Part shown: piece by piece, positions 57,507 to 64,000 of the stretch
Layout: every line of letters begins with the position of its first letter
Numbering within the stretch: the stretch's first letter is position 1
NCBI GenBank assembly: GCA_964016885.1
Contig: OZ024748.1
Span: 27,342,001 to 27,406,000, forward strand
Length of the DNA stretch: 64,000 nt
Origin: Eledone cirrhosa
Lineage: Eukaryota
Direction: 5' to 3'
Position numbers and translations under genes: made by a program
The notes under the pieces: model-generated
Seen by the model: the letters and a program-made list of their open reading frames with translations, nothing else
Databases searched by the model: none
Told to the model about the DNA's origin: nothing

Positions 57507-58009
57507 AGAGAGAGAGATGGTAAATACGAAACAACCCATGCATGAACGAATAAATAAAATCTCCAGGTGGAACTATTCCTACCAAGGGAGAAAGCTACAA
57601 CTTAAAGAATTTAGCAACACAATAGTCGTTGTTATTGATGTTGCAATACAGTAAATATCTCACAACACGACGTTGATACTACAGTACAGTATACACCTCA
57701 CAACGCAACATTGAGACTACAGTGCAGTATACAGCTCACAACACGACGTTTATACTAAAGTAGAGTACATACCTCACAACACAACAGCCATCAATATTGA
57801 TATTAAAGTATATTACATACCTCACAACACAACAGACATAAACATCGACTTTGCAGCACATTCCCCGCAACAATATAATTGTAGATGTTTCCAAAATATA
57901 TTACCCCACTAAGCCATAAAACCCCCAGAAAATTACACAATAGAATAAATAAAAAGTAAGGAACAATATCAAACATAAATAAGATACAGTCTTAACATAA
58001 CTAAATAAT

Positions 58010-58162
58010 TGTTTCCACTTTTGGTACAAGACCAACAATGTTTGGAGAGGAGAAAGTACGTTACTGGTACTCTATTTTATCGACCCCATAAGGATGAAAG
58101 AGAAAGCTAACCTCCGCAAGGCATATTATTTGACGCTCTACCAATTACTGCCAATCCACCAC
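58010..58162 (-). mobile_element. degenerate SINE
   Basis: Partial consensus match. Confidence 0.6.
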
Positions 58163-58789
58163 CCTAAAGAAACTAAATAATAAGAAAAGAAAAGAACTGG
58201 AAAACAGCAGAAAAATGTCGAACACTTGTATCCCATATAAACCAGAAAAACAGGCAGCCAAGCATTGTATAAAGTGATTAGTAACGTCAACTAAACGAAA
58301 GCCCCGCAACATCTCATATAACAACAATAATCTGTAATATAGACACACTCCCATAGGAAGTTAAAACTATTTTCAAATGCAGTCACCAAAACCAAATATT
58401 TACAAAGGAGACGAACACAAAACAGGAGCCGTGTGCCTTGATTATAACCATGAACCTCTTTAGATACAAGAAAAGCAGTAAGTCTATCGTGTGTAGCGAC
58501 TTTGAAGGGGTTTACTTGTGTGTTTGTTCATGTGGTGTATAGTGTTTCTTTGTTAATAGCAGTGTTTGTGTGTCTTTCTATTGCTGAAATAGATACGGTT
58601 GCATCGTCTCCAATAACTGGTCGTCTCAATGGTGGCTTGTGTTCATTGGGCGTGAAGTCTGTGTATGGAACGTTACGGCGAGGTGGAAGGTGGCATCATA
58701 GGAGTATGTGTTTTATTAGAAGTGACAAGCAAGTAAATCATTGATATACAGAAGGAAGGAAAAAAGGTGGATGATATAATTGAACCTTT

Positions 58790-59295
58790 GTGTAGACCAG
58801 TTGCACTTTGTCTGACCAACCTCAACTATTGGCACAGCTGTCAAGCTGCCTCTGTACAACATCGTCGTTCTCTCTACAGCGATATATGCCAGCGAGACTT
58901 GGAAGATCAACAGAAAACTGAATGTATCCCATCAAATAATATGCCTCAGAAAGTTTAAGGTCACTTGGCAAGACTAGATTATAAATGAAAAGATCTTGAG
59001 CAGAGCAAATTCACGACGGCTGCAAGAAGTAATTACGGGACGACGACTCAGTCTGGTGGGCTACATTCTCCGTCTACCAGATCACAAGCACTGGAAAACA
59101 GCAATGACGTGGACTCCTGCAGGATTCAAACGGATAAAAGGGGAAAACTGAAGATCACCCGACGGCGGACATTCCAAAGCGATCTGACAGGCCGTCAATA
59201 CCACTTGGAATTGATGCCAAAAAAAGCAGCAGGGGATCAAGTGTGTTGGAGAAAGTCGATGGCCCAATATGCTACCAAACGTGTGAAGATCTAAA
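58790..59295 (+). pseudogene. RTE-like LINE 3' coding remnant
   Basis: SLYSDICQ.TW..., KVTWQD*IINEKILSRANS, RRLSLVGYILRLPDHKHWKTAMTWTPAG. Confidence 0.7.
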
Positions 59296-59329
59296 TCAAA
59301 GTAAGCAAGTACTGTTGTCTAAGAGTTGA

Positions 59330-59720
59330 TAGAGTGTACTATGGGTTGTAGCTGTGAGGTATTACAAGAAGTGTCCGATCAAAGAGATAAAAGACGAATG
59401 GAACTGATGGGGGAAAAACTTAGCTACGAGATTGCCTTGTTAGACCCGGCAGAAAATTGTGTTGATACCTAGTACAAGAACATGGTTTCTGCTTAAGTTT
59501 TCGAAGACTAAGAACCATTGGTTCGGGACGCTGTAGTAGGTCTCTGACTGGGAGAGCTGGTTCTACGAAAAGCTATATTTAAGATCAGTGTGAAAGAAGA
59601 GAGAGAAACTGAAAGTGATATAAGAAGTAACTGTTAACAACTGTTTCCAATAATTTTATGATGCTGGAAGTGAGAGAAGCAGTAATGGGGTAGGTTTCAG
59701 TTTTAGACGATGGGACACAA
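59330..59720 (-). pseudogene. CR1/Jockey-like RT remnant
   Basis: YPITASLTSSIIKLLETVVN...LLS resembles the YRPISLTS motif. Confidence 0.5.
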
Positions 59721-59724
59721 TATA

Positions 59725-61950
59725 TTATGATTTTGTCATCGAAAATGGGGGCTAGTGCACGCGTGTCGGAAATCCTGGTCTCGCTGACGGCAATCACATC
59801 CATTTCTAGAGACCTGAGGTCATTGAGCAGGTGACCCTGCTTCCAGGGCGACCCCAGGCCTCGAACATTTAAACTTCCTACTCTTAATATGGCCATGGTG
59901 GTAGGCTAAACGAGAGTGAGGAAAGGTTTACTTACCGCCCGCGGTCGGGTGGTTCGACCTCCATAGTTGGTGGGGTTTCTTTTGGAAACCCCCTTAAAAG
60001 TCTACTTGAGGCTTTTACACTGGGTGTTCCCACGTCGCTGGGGAAGCTCTCCCTAATTGTTTTATAATTGCTGAATGACATTCGCACCAGCAAAAGTGTT
60101 TGTGGCACCTTGAAGGTGCAGGTGCTAAATGCCTCCCCTTCTTTCTTTATTTCCTTGCTTTGTGTTATGAGGTTAAGTATTTTTGTGTTCGATTTCCTCA
60201 CTAACACGAAGTTAGGTGTTGTTGTGGTTGGGTGTTGTTGCCGTGTGTGTTTTCTTTTAGTTGTTTGTGTTAGTGGAAGTGTTGTTGGTGGAGATAGTGT
60301 TTGTTTTGACGGTTGTGTTGTTGCGTGAATGGGTGTTGTAGTATGCGTGTCTGTGTTTGATACGAATGTGTCTTTTGTGTTTGCTGTTTGTGTTGGTGTG
60401 TGAGATTTATTCTTGTGTTTTTTTTTGTTTTTGTTTTTTCGGCTTTTGGTGTTCTTCTACATCTTCGCTCAGTGATGAAGAGGTTGCTGTGTTTGTGTCA
60501 GATGTAAGTGGGAGTGCGTGTATGGGTGTGTGTGTTTCAATGTGTGTATGTGTGTTCGAAAGGGGGGACCCTGGAGAGCTTCTTTGGAGTGGCCACTGGG
60601 TAGTCTTGGTGGTCTTTGCAGTTGTTATTGGTTCTGCTGGTGCTGTTGCTGCTGCTGCAGAATTTGTTGTTGGTGTTGTTGTTTTGGTCTGTTTCAGTTG
60701 TTGAGGCCCCGGCGTCGGCAGCAGCGGAGACTCCTTGTATTTTTCAATAGTTGAGGGCAGAAGGCTCGGAAGTGTGTTGTTTCGCCGTAACCAAAACATT
60801 GCGGTCTTTTGCCCTCAGACATTACTTGTAGTCCCGTTTTGGAGGCGGATCTGCTCCGGGATTTTCTTTAGTTCATCAGGTTTGATCTGGAGAAGTATCT
60901 CCAGATCAACCCCGGACTAGTCGTCTCTATCTGTTCTAGTTGCTCCTATTGGGACGGCATCTGTCCCCTCCACAATCACGCATCCCAAGAACCACCACAT
61001 TTATTTAGTTCTGGTGGAATCCTGGGAATGCGGACTCTAATAGTTCTTCTTCCCATGTGGGAGGAGTACATTGTAACCTTGCTTGTTTTGCAAGGGGTCA
61101 TCGAGTGCTTCAAAGCGAGGGCCTCCGACTTAAACAGCACCGAGATGGTGCCATATTGTCGAACCCTCACTATGTACTCCGTATCTTCTCTGATATACCT
61201 TAGCGCAGCCTCGACGTCTGCTTGGGGAGAGTTTGTGACTTTTTCGTCTCAGCTGAGATCCATCTAAAGACCAGAGTTCTCTTCTCCACCGCCTACATGG
61301 TCTCTGCCGGGACAGTTAAGTTGGCCCAGCTTTTCTCCTGTTTGATGAGCTTCCATGCCTGGGCCAACTTTGTCTCCTTGTCTGTCAAGTCCAAGCTAAA
61401 GCATGGTCTTTTCTTGGCTGCTGCCGCAGCGAAAGAATTTTTTCCTTTGTTGTCGTTGCTGTTGTTGTTGGTGGTGGTGTTGCTGTTGTTGTTGGTGTTG
61501 TCGTTGTTCTTGTTGGTGTTGTCGTTGTTCTTGTTGGTGTTGTTCTTGATACGGTTGTTGGTGTTGCTGCTGCTGTGACTACTACTACCATTGGTGTTAT
61601 TTTTACTGCTGATACTGCTGCTACTGCTACGCCCTTTGTTGCCAAATGCATCAGCAGCAGCCACTTCTCGACCGCCACTTGATGAAAAAGAAGATGAAAC
61701 GGCCTTTGCCTGACTTACACTACGTGACAATGAAGAAGACGAAAAGGAAAGCGAAACTTCACGCTGACATCTTGGTGAAGAAGTTTTGAGGAAGACAAGG
61801 CAGAGAAAGGGATTTTTTGAGTGACGCCATTTTTCTTTTTTTTTGTGGGCGTATTTGCCAAATGTAAAGTTCAAATTGGAATTTAGCCCCGGAGGGCTAA
61901 ATACCGATTAATTTCGACCACCCCAAGAGAAGCGGGATGTGTTTAAACAC
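59725..61950 (-). mobile_element. L1/Tx1-like element 5' half: ORF1 remnant plus start of ORF2 AP endonuclease
   Basis: ORF2 start MAILRVGSLNVRGLGSPWKQGHLLNDLRSLEMDVIAVSETR (59896 downward); upstream ORF1 with RTIRVRIPRIPPE and C..CGQRPQC; low-complexity linkers. Confidence 0.8.
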
Positions 61951-62944
61951 CAAACAATATAAATTTTACAATAAGTTTTCAATAAAAACTGTTCAAAAAT
62001 TACAAACTTAATACTTCCACAATAATAATAATAATCTTAACTATTATAAAGAAAGGAGTGCGGGATTGCGTCCAGAATATATTTTTTTACCCCGTTTGTA
62101 AAATAAGTTGGATTACTTTGAATAAATAATGAATGAATATTACATAATTTATGTGCTAAATTTCGTGGCTGTTGATTAAATATATTTTATAGCTTATTTA
62201 AAGACATTTAAAATTCACTTCTTTAAAATTGTCAAATGTCAACACTTCCGGTTAGCGGCCGTAACTTATAATCGCAGATATTTCCGTCGCTAATTTTCTC
62301 CTAATACAGTTTATATATAATATCGTCTTTTTTAAAATGTATCATGGATTACTTTACTGATTACAGAAGAGAGTGTAACACAGTCTCTCTTCAATTTCTG
62401 TGCATTTTGTCAATTACGATTTTATTTGACATATCATATCTACATGTATATATACTTGCATATAATATCAATATACACACTACACATGCTAGCAGAAAAC
62501 CACCCGTAGGGTGGTTTTTCTGCTAGTAATAATAATAATGCTTTCTTTATTTCTTTCTTTATTTAATAAAATAATATGGTGTGTATGTATGTGTTATTAT
62601 ACGACCGTACGAAGCTAAGAGGATATGTGTGTGTATAAGTAAATAAAAGAGTGTGTGTGTGTGTGCTTGTTAGTACGAAGCTGTGAGCAAAAGTATGTTA
62701 ACATAAACGAGTGTGTGTGTGTGTGTGTATACACAGCTGTGAAGGGAAAAGTAGAGGTGTGTGTGTGTGCATATTTAGTTGGTCTGTATCAGCTATAAAA
62801 GCATATATTTCTGGCCATAAGAGAGCCATAGAAATTTAGGAGTGAATGTACAAGCGCGTGTGTGATAACGGACGGGGTAAACGTGACAGGAGCAAGGGTT
62901 AGAGAAGTAAGCACGAACGTATATATGTGATATTAAAGAAATTG

Positions 62945-63126
62945 GGGAGGTGCTTCAAGATTGACAGATTTTCATTTCCAAATTCTATTATTATTATTTT
63001 TTTTTTTTTTATAAAACATAGATATTTTGAAATAATTATGAGAGAAAAAAAACATATCTTCATATTTATTGTGTTTACTAATCTGAAGAACATCAGTAAC
63101 CCGAGCAATGCCGGGTAATTCAGCTA

Positions 63127-63128
<2 letters not shown>
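62945..63128 (+). mobile_element. Helitron 3' end
   Basis: Similar to the reverse of 10398-10585; ends ccgagcaatgccgggtaattcagctag|t. Confidence 0.75.
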
Positions 63129-63164
<36 letters not shown>

Positions 63165-63323
63165 TACGGGTAATTCAACTAGTATATATATATATATATA
63201 TATATATATAACGAAGGAGATGGACCATAACGCACCAGAGTACTCAATACTTAGGGTAATAGAGTGGCGTTCAGAAATAGCCGTCGAAACGGCTTGAGCT
63301 CTGCCGTTGGGGTCAAACATTCT

Positions 63324-63368
<45 letters not shown>

Positions 63369-63464
63369 GTATATATATTCATATATTTTTCAACACTTAT
63401 AAAAAAAACTCTGCAATATAAAATAACATTAATCTTTAGTTCAGAAATATATTTTTGGTGGATG

Positions 63465-64000
63465 TGGTGGTGGTGGTGGTGGTGGTGGTGGTGGTGGTGG
63501 TGGTGGTGGTGGTGGTGGTCTGGATAATGGTGGTGGTGGTGGTGGTGGTGGTGGTGGTGGTGGTGGTGGTAGTGGTGGTGGTGGTGGTGGTGGTGGTGGT
63601 GGTGGTGGTGGTGGTGGTGGTGGTGGTGGTGTTGTGGTAATGGTGGTGGTGGTGTTGTGGTAATGGTGGTGGTGGTGGTGGTGGTGGTGGTGGTGGTGTT
63701 GTGGTAATGGTGGTGGTGGTGGTGGTGGTGGTGGTGGTGGTGGTGTAGTTGTGGTAATGGTGGTGGTGGTGGTGGTGGTGGTGGTGGTGGTGGTGGTGGT
63801 GGTGGTGTTGTGGTAATGGTGGTGGTGGTGGTGTTGTGGTAATGGTGGTGGTGGTGGTGGTGTAGTTGTGGTAATGGTGGTGGTGGTGGTGGTGGTGGTG
63901 GTGGTGGTGGTGTGGTAATGGTGGTGGTGGTGGTGTTGTGGTAATGGTGGTGGTGATGGTGGTGTAGTTGTGGTAATGGAGGTGGTGGTGGTGTTGTGGT
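63465..64000. repeat. (GGT)n tract
   Basis: Directly visible. Confidence 0.95.

Noticed and set aside
60860-60885. CTGATGA...GAAA on the minus strand
   Set aside because: No stem I or stem III closure; lies in LINE ORF1 coding sequence (KPDELKKIP).
63465-64000. Telomeric repeat
   Set aside because: The unit is GGT, not TTAGGG, and similar tracts occur internally.

Overview
Eukaryotic, AT-rich, microsatellite-saturated DNA that is intronic or intergenic. The tRNA-headed SINEs and the (TA)n/(CA)n/(CCA)n load suggest an octopus-like cephalopod (inference). I see no intact host gene and only one weak exon candidate; most ORFs in the track are simple-repeat artefacts. The window is a mosaic of decayed mobile elements: at least 8 Penelope-like element (PLE) fragments (RT and/or GIY-YIG), L1/Tx1, RTE and CR1/Jockey-like LINE fragments, Helitron ends and more than 12 SINEs. 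The main signal is about 30 hand-folded type-I hammerhead ribozyme (HHR) motifs from more than 10 sequence families between 17.8 and 57.3 kb. They sit in PLE 3' ends, in short non-coding tandem (retrozyme-like) units, and in fold-back elements with two outward-facing ribozymes. Variants include a U3-A8 covariant core, a U4A core shared by three copies, a stemless stem II, 60-125 nt stem II expansions and a possible decoy-strand switch. All folds were made by eye; no cleavage activity is demonstrated.
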